From: Solirubrobacteraceae bacterium
GTDB lineage: Bacteria > Actinomycetota > Thermoleophilia > Solirubrobacterales > Solirubrobacteraceae
Length of the DNA: 64,000 nucleotides
Reading direction: 5' to 3'
Assembly (NCBI GenBank): GCA_035569835.1
Contig: DATMMF010000028.1
Location: 40,071 to 104,070 of the forward strand
Shown here: positions 43,401 through 51,842 of the stretch, in pieces
Numbering within the stretch: position 1 is the stretch's first letter
Layout: each line of letters starts with the position of its first letter
The notes under the pieces: generated by a model
What the model saw: only the letters and a program-made list of their open reading frames with translations
The model's database searches: none
What the model was told of the DNA's origin: nothing
Translations under genes and position numbers: made by a program

Positions 43401-43454
43401 CACAAGGGCGAATACCACTCCGCCGTGTTCGCGAAGGTGGCGTTCAAGCACTAG
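40431..43454 (+). CDS. Large secreted protein with four internal Cys-pair repeats, function unknown
   Basis: Signal peptide ending AQA; four LP.GL..C..C..S.[IV]G units; basic C-terminal beta domain. Confidence 0.88.
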   Translation: MKMHRRTALLTLICCLLAVAIAAPAAQALKVAVWEAGTCEEKECTYASVKADHTRAYTTAAGHPEWGITSFEVGTTGSGSSRKPEEQVKRIRVDVPEGLAADPQALPSCSRAEFNSNPVLCETKGAKVGETSIEAALEGEVLGVPVTADSPNTGKVYNLTPEPGLPLLFGISIEPTGGALVSPIHLFLEGHVSWGFEPSLAARGIPSGDFHEWFEINNVPREAEAELLGVHIANAKLSTIKSKLYFEGRKGGNFLTLPSVCSASTTEYLELEAYEGGHANETTHTPVGVEECDKPPFKPTAQVTGKPTQYDSPDGAETVVKAPQNAGPTELNTGDIKDATVTLPEGLTLNPSAAHGLEACTYAQLGKEPGKPATGSASCPAGSKIGTVDIESDLPAHSLTGNVYLGKPNGTGAITGPPYLVFIDAESIYNVSVRLIGEAKPDPSTGRLTVSFANNPQLPFSELILALNGGPRAPLANPVTCGVGATNYAFTTWLTGHAGAVGASPFASTGCPNPVPFALSQTTQDSTNKAGAFTNFTFNLARADGNQNISTVQTVLPAGLAGLIPSVKLCPEPAASTGSCPSTSQIGTAGASSGVGPEPFSFSGPVYLTGPTSGQPYGLSIPIEAAAGPFDLGRVLTRVSIGVDPHTARVIATATLPRIVGGVPLHLRTLSVAINKPNFMFNPTNCGALSTDGLIGAIQGASAHTTSPFAVSSCSSLSFGPKFESASPSVPSRAKGASLRVTLTQPDHQANIHSVVASLPKQLPSRLTTLQKACTEAVWAGGTNYKNCPSGSKVGSVTVTTPVLPEKLTGPAYLVSHGGASFPDLDLILEGDHGVKVILEGNTNIKKGITTSTFASIPDVPVSKFELSLPTGPNSALGNAESLCAKPLYMPTTITAQSGKIIKQNTRMSIGSCKIKLVGKKVRGHKLIVRVKVFTAGRVSVQSPGLHTTYKKVSGPGIVTIKVPLSKGGMRTLRSGRALKVKFRVGFNPAHKGEYHSAVFAKVAFKH

Positions 43455-43506
43455 CCTGCGGCGGATCGCAGGGCGGGTCAGCAAGAGCACGTTCCGAGCG
43501 GCGGCC

Positions 43507-44940
43507 GTGGTGGCCGCCGCCGGCGCGGTCGCAGCGATCGCGACCGGCACCTCCCCGCGCGGGGAGGCGATCGCCGCGACGGCGCCGGAAGCGTCCGTCT
43601 CGCCCGCGGAGCTCACGCTCGGCACCGATGCGACGGTGAGCGGCCGGCTGGTGCCGCAGGACGCCGGCGCGGCGCTGGGCCTTGAAGCGAGCGCCTACCC
43701 GTATCGCTCCTGGAGCGCCGCCGGCAAGACCGCCGCGGCGCCCGACGGCAGCTTCGCCTTCCCGCCGCTCGCCGCCTCGGAGAACGAGCATCTGCGCGTC
43801 AGCGTGAACGCAGGCGGCTCGCGCAGCGCGGTCATGACGCTGACCGTCGACCCGCGGGTGGCCCTGTCCGCCGTGTCGCTCGGCCCGGGGCGCGTGCGGC
43901 TGGTGGCGAGGATCGCGCACGGCGCCGGGCTCCGGTCCGCGCCGGGCCCCGCCCGCTGGTACGTCGCCGAGCACGGCAGTCCCGTCTATCACCTGGCGGC
44001 GAGCACCATCACGCGCGAGCTGCCAGGCGGCGTCACCTACGCGAGCGCGATCGTCGACCCGCCGGCCAGGCGCTTCGCCTGGCGTGTGTGCCTGAACCCC
44101 GCGTGGGAAGCCGCGATGGGCCCGCCTGCCGCGCACGGGCCCTGCCCCCCGCGCGGCTTCCGTCTCTCGTTTGTCAGGCCCTCCTCGACGGGCCCACGCG
44201 CTCGCGCCGCGTTCGAGTACGGCGGCGAAGCCCACGGTCAGCCGCTTCCCCCGTTCCCCTCGCCGGCGGCGATCGCGGCTGCGAGCAGCTTCCTCGCGGG
44301 CAGGGCGGGGCGCACCTCCCTGGCGATCGTCGACAGCGCCGGGCGGCTGTCCGGGCTTCACCTGCGCGAGCACTTCGAGAGCGCAAGCGTCGTCAAGGTG
44401 ATGTTCCTGACGGCCTACCTGCAGATGCTCCAGGCGCACCACCGCGGCCTGACAGCGGGCGCCCGGGGACTGCTGTACCCGATGATCCACGAATCGAACA
44501 ACGACGCCGCGTCGGCGGTGCTGTCGATCGTCGGCGGCGGCGCCGTCGCCCGCGTGGCGCGCGAAGCGGGGATGCGCGACTACGCCCCGGGCGTCGGCTG
44601 GTGGGCGTTCACGCAGACCTCGGCAGCCGACCAGGCGCGCTTCTTCGCCGAGCTCCCACGGCTGATCCCCGCGCGCTATTACGGTTACGCGAGGTACCTG
44701 ATGTCGACGATCGAGCCGGAGCAGAGCTGGGGCATCCCGCCCGTCGCGCGCCCGCGCTGGCAGGTGTACTTCAAGACCGGCGCGCTCCCCTCGCAGGGCC
44801 TCTTCCACGAGGTCGCGCGGCTCGAACGGGGCGGTGTCAGCTTCACGGTCGCGGTGTTCACCGACGGCGACCCTTCGATGGCCTACGGAGAACAGACGAT
44901 CGAAGGGGTCGGCGAGCGCCTGCTCGGAGCCGCACGGTGA
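43507..44940 (+). CDS. Secreted class A beta-lactamase-like serine hydrolase with N-terminal beta-rich domain
   Basis: SVVK (SxxK), SNN and KTG motifs; true start possibly CTG 43456. Confidence 0.8.
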   Translation: MVAAAGAVAAIATGTSPRGEAIAATAPEASVSPAELTLGTDATVSGRLVPQDAGAALGLEASAYPYRSWSAAGKTAAAPDGSFAFPPLAASENEHLRVSVNAGGSRSAVMTLTVDPRVALSAVSLGPGRVRLVARIAHGAGLRSAPGPARWYVAEHGSPVYHLAASTITRELPGGVTYASAIVDPPARRFAWRVCLNPAWEAAMGPPAAHGPCPPRGFRLSFVRPSSTGPRARAAFEYGGEAHGQPLPPFPSPAAIAAASSFLAGRAGRTSLAIVDSAGRLSGLHLREHFESASVVKVMFLTAYLQMLQAHHRGLTAGARGLLYPMIHESNNDAASAVLSIVGGGAVARVAREAGMRDYAPGVGWWAFTQTSAADQARFFAELPRLIPARYYGYARYLMSTIEPEQSWGIPPVARPRWQVYFKTGALPSQGLFHEVARLERGGVSFTVAVFTDGDPSMAYGEQTIEGVGERLLGAAR

Positions 44941-45596
44941 CGCTCTCCTACGCCGAGCGCCCCGCCGCGGGCAACGCGGACGGCCTGCTGGTGTTGCACC
45001 ACGGCCGTGGGACCGACGAGCAGGACCTGATGAGGCTGGCCGACTTCCTCGACCCCGCCCGCCGGCTCCACGTAGTCGGGCCGCGCGCGCCGCTGACGGT
45101 GCCCGGCTCCCCGGGCCACCACTGGTATCTGGTGCCTCGCGTCGGCTACCCGGACCCCGAGACCTTCGCCGCCGCGCGGGCGGCCCTCGCCGAGCTGCAC
45201 GACGAACTTTGGGAGCGCACCGGCATCGCGCCGGCACAGACGGTGCTCGGCGGGTTCTCGATGGGCTGCGTGATCAGCTACGCGACAGGGCTCGACGCCG
45301 AACGCCCCCGGCCCGCCGGAATCCTCGCCTTCTCCGGCTTCATCCCCACCGTGCCCGGCTGGGAGCCGGACCTGGCCGACCGCGTGGGCCTCCCCGTACT
45401 GGTCGCACACGGACGGCAGGACCCGGTGATCTCGGTCGAGTTCGCGCGCGCGGCGGTCACGCGCCTGAAGGAGGGGGGCCTCGACGTCGACTACCGCGAG
45501 TTCGACGGCGGGCACTGGATCGATCCCTACGACATCGAGAGGGCTCAGCCCTGGCTCACCGCGACGCTGCCGCCGGGCCGCGCTGCGGCGTCCTAG
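44937..45596 (+). CDS. Phospholipase/carboxylesterase (alpha/beta hydrolase)
   Basis: LHHGRG, GFSMG, AHGRQD and GGH motifs; GTGA overlap. Confidence 0.9.
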   Translation: MTLSYAERPAAGNADGLLVLHHGRGTDEQDLMRLADFLDPARRLHVVGPRAPLTVPGSPGHHWYLVPRVGYPDPETFAAARAALAELHDELWERTGIAPAQTVLGGFSMGCVISYATGLDAERPRPAGILAFSGFIPTVPGWEPDLADRVGLPVLVAHGRQDPVISVEFARAAVTRLKEGGLDVDYREFDGGHWIDPYDIERAQPWLTATLPPGRAAAS

Positions 45597-45646
45597 CGCG
45601 CGAGCGCCCGAGGGCATATCGTTGGCGCCGGGGTGAGGGCACCAGC

Positions 45647-47167
45647 GTGTCGGTGACAGCGAACGGAAGAAGCGCGCCGCGCAGGATGCGCGTGCTGGTC
45701 ATCGGCGCCGGCTTCGGCGGCATCGCCACCGCGATCGAGCTGCGCCGCGCCGGGATCCGGGACGTGACGATCCTCGAGCGCGCGAGCGACCTCGGCGGCA
45801 CGTGGTTCTACAACACCTACCCGGGCGCCGCGTGCGACGTGCCGAGCCACCTCTACTCGTTCTCCTACGCGCAGCGCCGCGACTGGACGCGTCTGTGCTC
45901 GCCCCAGCAGGAGATCCACTCCTACCTGCACGAGGTCGCCGCGCGCTATGGCGTGGAGAAGCTCGTCCGTACTTCTCAGACGGTCACCGCCTGCAGCTGG
46001 GACGACGCGAGCGCCACCTGGACCGTCGAGACCTCCGAGGGCGAGCTTCACCAAGCCGAGGCGCTCGTGCTCGCGACGGGCCAGCTGCACCAGCCGCACG
46101 TGCCGCTGATCCAGGGCGCCGGCGAGTTCGCGGGCCACAGCTTCCATTCCTCGGCGTGGGACCACGACTACGACCTTCGCGGCAGGCGCGTCGGCGTGAT
46201 CGGGACTGGGGCGAGCGCGGTGCAGTTCGTCCCGGAGATCGCCCCGCAGGTCCGGCAGTTGACCGTCTTTCAGCGCACCGGGAACTGGTTCCTGCCGCGC
46301 AAGAACGGGCGGTATCCCACGCTGCTGCGGATGGCCTTCGAAAAAGTGCCGGGGCTACAGGACTGGCGCCGCCGCTTCGTCTTCGAGTACACCGAATCGC
46401 TCACGCTCATGATCCGCCACCCGCGCACCTTCGGACGCATCGGTGCCGCGCGCTCGGCGGCGTTCATGCGCTCGCAGCTCAAGGACCCCGAGCTTCGCGA
46501 GCGGGTCTGGCCCGACTACACGTTCGGCTGCAAGCGGATCCTGTTCAGCTCCGAGTTCCTGCCGGCGCTCGAACGGCCGAACGTCGAGCTCGAGACCGGG
46601 CGGATCGAGTCGATCGTGCCCGAGGGCATCCGCACCGGCGACGGGCGCGTGGTCCACCTCGACTGCCTGATCTGGGCGACCGGCTTCCGCACCAACGACT
46701 TCATGTTCCCGATGGCGATCACGGGCCGGGAGGGCCGCTCGCTCGAAGAGGTGTGGGCGAACGGGGCGCACGCGCACCTCGGCATGTGCGTCCCGTCCTT
46801 CCCGAACATGTTCATCCTCTACGGGCCGAACACGAACACCTCGGGCGGCTCGATCATCTTCTACCTCGAAAGACAGACCGCATACGTGCGCCAGGCGCTG
46901 CAGCAGCTTGGCGTGCGCGCGGCGGGCGCGATGGAGATCCGAGCAGAGGTCGAGGCCGCCTCAGACCACGAGACCCAGCACCGCTTCACGGGGACGGCAT
47001 GGACGCAGTGCGACTCGTGGTACCGCGACGAGAACGGGCGCATCGTCGCGAACTGGCCGGGCTACATGCGCGAGTACGGGCGGCGCACCGAGGCCCTCGA
47101 CGCCTCCGAGTTCAGCTTTGCGCCGGAGCCGGAGCGCACCGCGGTCGCGCAGGCGGCGGGCGAGTGA
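45647..47167 (+). CDS. Baeyer-Villiger-type flavin monooxygenase
   Basis: GAGFGG, GGTWFYNTYPGAACD, FHSSAWDHDY fingerprint, GTGASA and ATGF. Confidence 0.92.
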   Translation: MSVTANGRSAPRRMRVLVIGAGFGGIATAIELRRAGIRDVTILERASDLGGTWFYNTYPGAACDVPSHLYSFSYAQRRDWTRLCSPQQEIHSYLHEVAARYGVEKLVRTSQTVTACSWDDASATWTVETSEGELHQAEALVLATGQLHQPHVPLIQGAGEFAGHSFHSSAWDHDYDLRGRRVGVIGTGASAVQFVPEIAPQVRQLTVFQRTGNWFLPRKNGRYPTLLRMAFEKVPGLQDWRRRFVFEYTESLTLMIRHPRTFGRIGAARSAAFMRSQLKDPELRERVWPDYTFGCKRILFSSEFLPALERPNVELETGRIESIVPEGIRTGDGRVVHLDCLIWATGFRTNDFMFPMAITGREGRSLEEVWANGAHAHLGMCVPSFPNMFILYGPNTNTSGGSIIFYLERQTAYVRQALQQLGVRAAGAMEIRAEVEAASDHETQHRFTGTAWTQCDSWYRDENGRIVANWPGYMREYGRRTEALDASEFSFAPEPERTAVAQAAGE

Positions 47168-48741
47168 GCTACGACTACGTGATCGTGGGCGCCGGCTCGG
47201 CGGGCTGCGTGCTCGCCAACCGCCTCTCCGAGGACCCCAGCGCGCGCGTGCTGCTGCTCGAGGCCGGCGGGCGGGACCGCTCGCTGAAGGTGAAGATCCC
47301 CGCGGCGTTCCCGCAGCAGTTCCACACCAAGCTGGACTGGGACTACGCCACCGAGCCCGAGCCGTACGTCGACGGCCGCGAGCTCTACGTGCCGCGTGGG
47401 CGGATGCTCGGCGGCTCGAGCTCGATGAACGCGATGCTCTACGTGCGCGGGCGGCCGTTCGACTACGACGGCTGGGAGGCGCAGGGAGCGCCGGGCTGGG
47501 GATACCGCGACGTGCTGCCGTACTTCATCCGCTCGGAGGACAACGTGCGCGGCGCGTCGGAGTTCCACGGCGCGGGCGGCCCGCTGAAGGTCTCCGAGCA
47601 GCGTTCCCCGCGACGCGTGAACGGCCGCCTGCTCGCCGCCAGCGAGGCGGTGGGCATCCCCCGCATCGCGGACTACAACGGCCCCGAGCAAGACGGCGTG
47701 TCGATGTTCCAGGTCACGCAACGGAACGGCCAGCGATTCAGCGCGGCCGACGCGTACCTGCGGCCCGCGATGACGCGCCCGAACCTCGAGGTCCGCACCA
47801 AGGTCCAGGTCCGGGGCATCGAGATCGAGGGAGACCGTGCCGCGGGTGTTCGGATCTCCCGCCGCCGCGGCGCGCCCGAGGTCGTGCGCGCCGAGCGCGA
47901 GGTGATCCTGTCGGCCGGCGCGATCGGCTCGCCCCAGCTCCTGCTGCTCTCGGGGATCGGCGCGGGCGAGGAGCTGCGCGCCGCCGGCGTGGCAGCCCGT
48001 CACGAGCTCCCCGGCGTCGGGCGCAACCTGCAGGACCACCCGTTCGTGACGGTCATCTGGGAGGTCTCCGATCAGGACACGCTGTACGGAGCGGACAAGC
48101 CGAAGCCGCTCGCGGAGTGGCTCCTGCGCCGCAGCGGCAAGCTCAGCTCGACGGTCGCGGAGGTGTGCGCCTTCACCCGCACGCGCGGCGGCCTGCCGGC
48201 CGCAGACATCCAGTTCCACATGGGCGCGGCCTACTTCGAAGACCACGGCGCCGAGGAATACGAGGGGCACTGCGTCGTGATCGCACCCGTGCTCGTGTCC
48301 CCGAAGGCGCGCGGCCAGGTCTGGCTGCGTTCGGCCGACCCGGACGCGAAGCCCCGCATCATCACCAACACCTTCTCCGAGCCCGAGGACCTCGAGTCGA
48401 TGGTCGCCGGCGTCGAGCTCGCCCGCCGGATCGCCGCGTCCTCGCCGCTGGCCGAGATCGTGCTCGAGGAGCTCAAGCCCGGCCCCGGCGTCGCCGACCG
48501 GGCCGAGATCGAAGCCGACCTGCGGCGAAGGCTGATGCTGATCTACCACCCCGTCGGCACCGCGAAGATGAGCGACACGGACGCGCTCGCGGTCGTCGAC
48601 TCGCAGCTTCGCGTGCACGGCCTGCAGGGCCTGCGGGTGATCGACGCCTCGGTGATGCCGACGATCGTGGGCGGCAACACGAATGCCCCGACGATCATGA
48701 TCGCCGAGAAAGGCGCGGATCTGATCAGGGAAGCCGCCTGA
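47164..48741 (+). CDS. GMC oxidoreductase (choline/alcohol dehydrogenase-like)
   Basis: DYVIVGAGSAG, GRMLGGSSSMN, NLQDH, YHPVGT, GNTNAP. Confidence 0.95.
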   Translation: MSYDYVIVGAGSAGCVLANRLSEDPSARVLLLEAGGRDRSLKVKIPAAFPQQFHTKLDWDYATEPEPYVDGRELYVPRGRMLGGSSSMNAMLYVRGRPFDYDGWEAQGAPGWGYRDVLPYFIRSEDNVRGASEFHGAGGPLKVSEQRSPRRVNGRLLAASEAVGIPRIADYNGPEQDGVSMFQVTQRNGQRFSAADAYLRPAMTRPNLEVRTKVQVRGIEIEGDRAAGVRISRRRGAPEVVRAEREVILSAGAIGSPQLLLLSGIGAGEELRAAGVAARHELPGVGRNLQDHPFVTVIWEVSDQDTLYGADKPKPLAEWLLRRSGKLSSTVAEVCAFTRTRGGLPAADIQFHMGAAYFEDHGAEEYEGHCVVIAPVLVSPKARGQVWLRSADPDAKPRIITNTFSEPEDLESMVAGVELARRIAASSPLAEIVLEELKPGPGVADRAEIEADLRRRLMLIYHPVGTAKMSDTDALAVVDSQLRVHGLQGLRVIDASVMPTIVGGNTNAPTIMIAEKGADLIREAA

Positions 48742-48755
48742 GCGATGCGGCGGCG

Positions 48756-49580
48756 ATGACGATCCAGATCGAGTGCCACCGCGAGGGCCAGGGCCCGGCG
48801 CTCGTGATGCTGCACGGCGTGGGGCACCACTGGCAGGCGTGGCGGCCCGTGATCGAGCGGCTCGCGAGCGATTTCGACGTGATCGCCGCCGATACGCCCG
48901 GCTTCGGGACCTCGCCACCGCTGCCGTCGGGGATGGAGCCGACGATCACCTCGCACGCCGACGCGTTCGAGTGGTTCTTCGCCGAGGCCGGCCTGCAGCG
49001 CCCGCACGTGGCGGGCAACTCGATGGGCGGCGCGATCGCGCTCGAGCTGGCGCGGCGCAAGGCCGTCAGCTCCGTGACGGCGTTCTCCCCCGCGGGCTTC
49101 TGGACCGCCCCCGAGCGCCGGTTCACGCAGCTCTCGCTGCGCGCGCTCGGGACCACGCCGCGGGCGCTGCGTCCTGCGGTCACCGCCGCGTCGCGGACGC
49201 GCGCCGGGCGCGTCGCGCTGTTCTCGCAGACGTTCGGCTACCCGGCGCGGCTCCCCGCCGAGGAGGCCGCCGCGACGCTTCGCGACGCTTGGGCGTCACC
49301 GGTGCTCGCGGAGACGCTCGCCGCGTTCGACGACTACAGCTTCCAGCGGCCCGAGCAACTCCGCAGCGTGCCGGTGACGATCGCGTGGGGCAGGCGCGAC
49401 AGGCTGCTCCCCTACCGGCTGCAGGCGCCGCGGGCGCGCGCGATGCTGCCGTGGGCGACGCATCTCACGCTCGGCGCGGGGCACGTCCCCTTCTACGACG
49501 ACCCCGCGGCGTGTGTGGAAGCGATCCGCGCGACGGTCCGCGCGGTCGCCCCCCTGCCGGCCGCGCGCGCGGCCGGCTGA
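48756..49580 (+). CDS. Alpha/beta fold hydrolase
   Basis: LHGVG, GNSMGG and GHVP motifs. Confidence 0.9.
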   Translation: MTIQIECHREGQGPALVMLHGVGHHWQAWRPVIERLASDFDVIAADTPGFGTSPPLPSGMEPTITSHADAFEWFFAEAGLQRPHVAGNSMGGAIALELARRKAVSSVTAFSPAGFWTAPERRFTQLSLRALGTTPRALRPAVTAASRTRAGRVALFSQTFGYPARLPAEEAAATLRDAWASPVLAETLAAFDDYSFQRPEQLRSVPVTIAWGRRDRLLPYRLQAPRARAMLPWATHLTLGAGHVPFYDDPAACVEAIRATVRAVAPLPAARAAG

Positions 49581-49607
49581 GCGAGGGCGCAGCCCTGCCG
49601 GCGCGGC

Positions 49608-49635
49608 GGGGCGGCGGGTAACCTCCCGCCGCCCC
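49608..49635. terminator. GC hairpin after the hydrolase gene
   Basis: GGGGCGGCGGG-taacct-CCCGCCGCCCC 11-bp stem. Confidence 0.55.
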
Positions 49636-49726
49636 ACTGCTCGCCTCTCCCGGCCCGCTTGGCGCAGGCGCTGCGGGCGGACTCTAGTTCCCGAACGGCG
49701 GTCAAGTCTTGTACTCTCGGCAGGTC

Positions 49727-51007
49727 ATGGAGGGGGCAAGGTGGGGGCCGTTGTCGCCGGCGGACAACTCTGGGCGACTGACCGTCGCGGAGCCGCCGCA
49801 GGCGCCTCCGCGCGAGCTGCGCGACGCGCTCACTCCCGGCATTCCCGCGATCGTCGACGCAGCGGTCGCGGCGATCGCCGACCGCGGTGAGGTCGGGCGC
49901 TCCTCTCAGGCGGCGCTGGAACGGAACCTGCGCCTCGGCTTGACCGATGCGGTCGACCGCTGGTTCGAGCCCGGGCGCGGGAGCGCCGCGCCCGACCTGC
50001 ACTTCGCGCTTGGACGCGCGCACGCGCGCTCGGGCCGCAGCCTGGACGAACTGATGACCTTCTACCGGATCGCCGGGCAGACGATGTGGCGCCACGTCGC
50101 CGCGCTCGGCACGCAGCTGGGCGCGCCACCGCGGGATCTCTACCGCCTCGCCGAGACCGGGTTCGGCTGCGTGGACGAGATCTCCACGCAGGCCGCCGCG
50201 GGGTTCGCCGAGGAGCAGTCGCATCGCTCGGGCGCCTCGCACTCGCGCCGCAGCGAGTTCGTGCGGCTGCTGCTGCGCGAGCCCCAGCCGCCGGTCGAGG
50301 TCCTCGAGTCGGGCGCCGAGACGGCCGGCGTGCAGCTCTCCCCCACGCTCGCTCTGTTCGTCGGCCCGGGCGGAGCCTACGAGGAGTTCGCCCGCTCGGC
50401 GCACGACCAGGCCGTGCTCGGCCCCCGCGAGGGCGAGTTCGTCGGCGTGCTGTTCGACCCCGAGGGTCCCGAGCGAACGGCGCGCTTGCGGGCTGCGGCC
50501 GAACGCGCGGGCGTGCGACTGGCGCTGGGCCCTGCGGTCCCGCTGACGCAAGCGCGCCACAGCCTCGCCCGCGCCCGCGCGCTGCTCGAGCTGATGCTCG
50601 CCGGCCTGGCCGGCGAGGAGGCCTTGGCGAGCGCCGACCAGCACGAGCTCGCCCTGCTGCTGGGCGCCGAGCCGCTGCTCGCGCGCGAGTTCGCACAGCG
50701 GCGGCTCGCGCCGCTGGCGGGGGTCGCCGGCGAGGCGACGCGCGCGAACCTCGCGCTGACGCTGCGCGCCTGGCTGCGCGCGCCGGGACAGCGCAAGACG
50801 ATCGCGCACGAGCTGGGGGTCCACCCGCAGACCGTCCGCTACCGCATGTCACGCCTGCGCGAGCTGTTCGGGCTCGCGCTCGACGAACCCGATGGGCGCT
50901 TCGAGCTCGAGCTAGCGCTGCGGCTGCGGCCGTTCGCGGCGCTCGCCCGCGACGCCGAGCAGCCGGCTGAGCGGCGGCCGGCGGCCGGCGGCACGCTCAG
51001 GCGGTGA
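49727..51007 (+). CDS. PucR/CdaR family transcriptional regulator
   Basis: C-terminal HTH_30 IAHELGVHPQTVRYRMSRLRELFG; start ATG 49727 proposed. Confidence 0.9.
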   Translation: MEGARWGPLSPADNSGRLTVAEPPQAPPRELRDALTPGIPAIVDAAVAAIADRGEVGRSSQAALERNLRLGLTDAVDRWFEPGRGSAAPDLHFALGRAHARSGRSLDELMTFYRIAGQTMWRHVAALGTQLGAPPRDLYRLAETGFGCVDEISTQAAAGFAEEQSHRSGASHSRRSEFVRLLLREPQPPVEVLESGAETAGVQLSPTLALFVGPGGAYEEFARSAHDQAVLGPREGEFVGVLFDPEGPERTARLRAAAERAGVRLALGPAVPLTQARHSLARARALLELMLAGLAGEEALASADQHELALLLGAEPLLAREFAQRRLAPLAGVAGEATRANLALTLRAWLRAPGQRKTIAHELGVHPQTVRYRMSRLRELFGLALDEPDGRFELELALRLRPFAALARDAEQPAERRPAAGGTLRR

Positions 51008-51842
51008 CGGGGCTGACCGGCGCGCCGGCGACGGCGCTGCGAGCCCGCAGCACCATGCCGCCGCGGTCCGGGTCGACCGTGTTGTCGGCGGTGCTGAGGA
51101 GCACGTCGCGCATGTCCGCGCCGCCGAAGGAGATGCTCGAGACGAAGCTCGCCGGCATGTCGATGAGCTCGAGCAGCTCGCCGGCCGGGTCCAGGCGCGC
51201 GACGCCGCCGCCCTCGCCGAGCGCGAGCCACACGCACCCCTCGACGTCGACGGCCAGGCCGTCGGCCGAGCCCCGGGGAGAGGGCGCGAACCGCCGGGCC
51301 CGCCCTCCGGCGAGCGGGCACGCGAGCACCTCCCGGCGCGCGTAGTCGCTGACGTAGACGGTTTTCCCGTTCGGCGAGAGCCCGATCCCGTTCGGCCAGC
51401 GCACGCCGTCCCACAGCACGCGGACTTCGCCGTCCGGCGCCAGCGCCAGCAGTCGTCCGTCGCGCGGCTCCTCGTCGCTCATCGGCCGGTAGCGAAGCTC
51501 GCCCGCGAGCAGTTCGCCCGCGGGCGTCGAGAACAGGTCGTTGTAGCCCGGCACGCCCGGCTCTGAGAGCAGCTCGCGCTGGGCGCCATCAGGTTGCAGG
51601 TGCAGGACCGTGCGGCCGCTGAGCACCCAGCCGCCGTCGGCGTGCGGCACGATCCCCCCGATCCCGCGCCGGCGCGGCAGGAGCTCCTCGATCACCCCCT
51701 CGGGCGAGCAGCTGAACATGCCGCCCGCGATCACGTCGCTGTAGACGAGCTCGCCGCCGGGAGCGATCCGGGGCCCCTCGAGCAGCGAGTGCGGCCGGCG
51801 CAGGACAGCCTCCACAGGCTCCGGCGCCGAGAGCGCGCTCAC
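50997..51842 (-). CDS. SMP-30/gluconolactonase/LRE family protein
   Basis: LLEGP, YNDL, WPNGIGLSP, ADGLAVDVEG motifs; GTGA overlap with tetR. Confidence 0.9.
   Translation of the reverse strand: MSALSAPEPVEAVLRRPHSLLEGPRIAPGGELVYSDVIAGGMFSCSPEGVIEELLPRRRGIGGIVPHADGGWVLSGRTVLHLQPDGAQRELLSEPGVPGYNDLFSTPAGELLAGELRYRPMSDEEPRDGRLLALAPDGEVRVLWDGVRWPNGIGLSPNGKTVYVSDYARREVLACPLAGGRARRFAPSPRGSADGLAVDVEGCVWLALGEGGGVARLDPAGELLELIDMPASFVSSISFGGADMRDVLLSTADNTVDPDRGGMVLRARSAVAGAPVSPVTA

Noticed and set aside
43507-44940. Bona fide antibiotic-resistance beta-lactamase
   Set aside because: The large N-terminal extension and divergent context make a cell-wall serine hydrolase more likely; resistance cannot be supported from sequence
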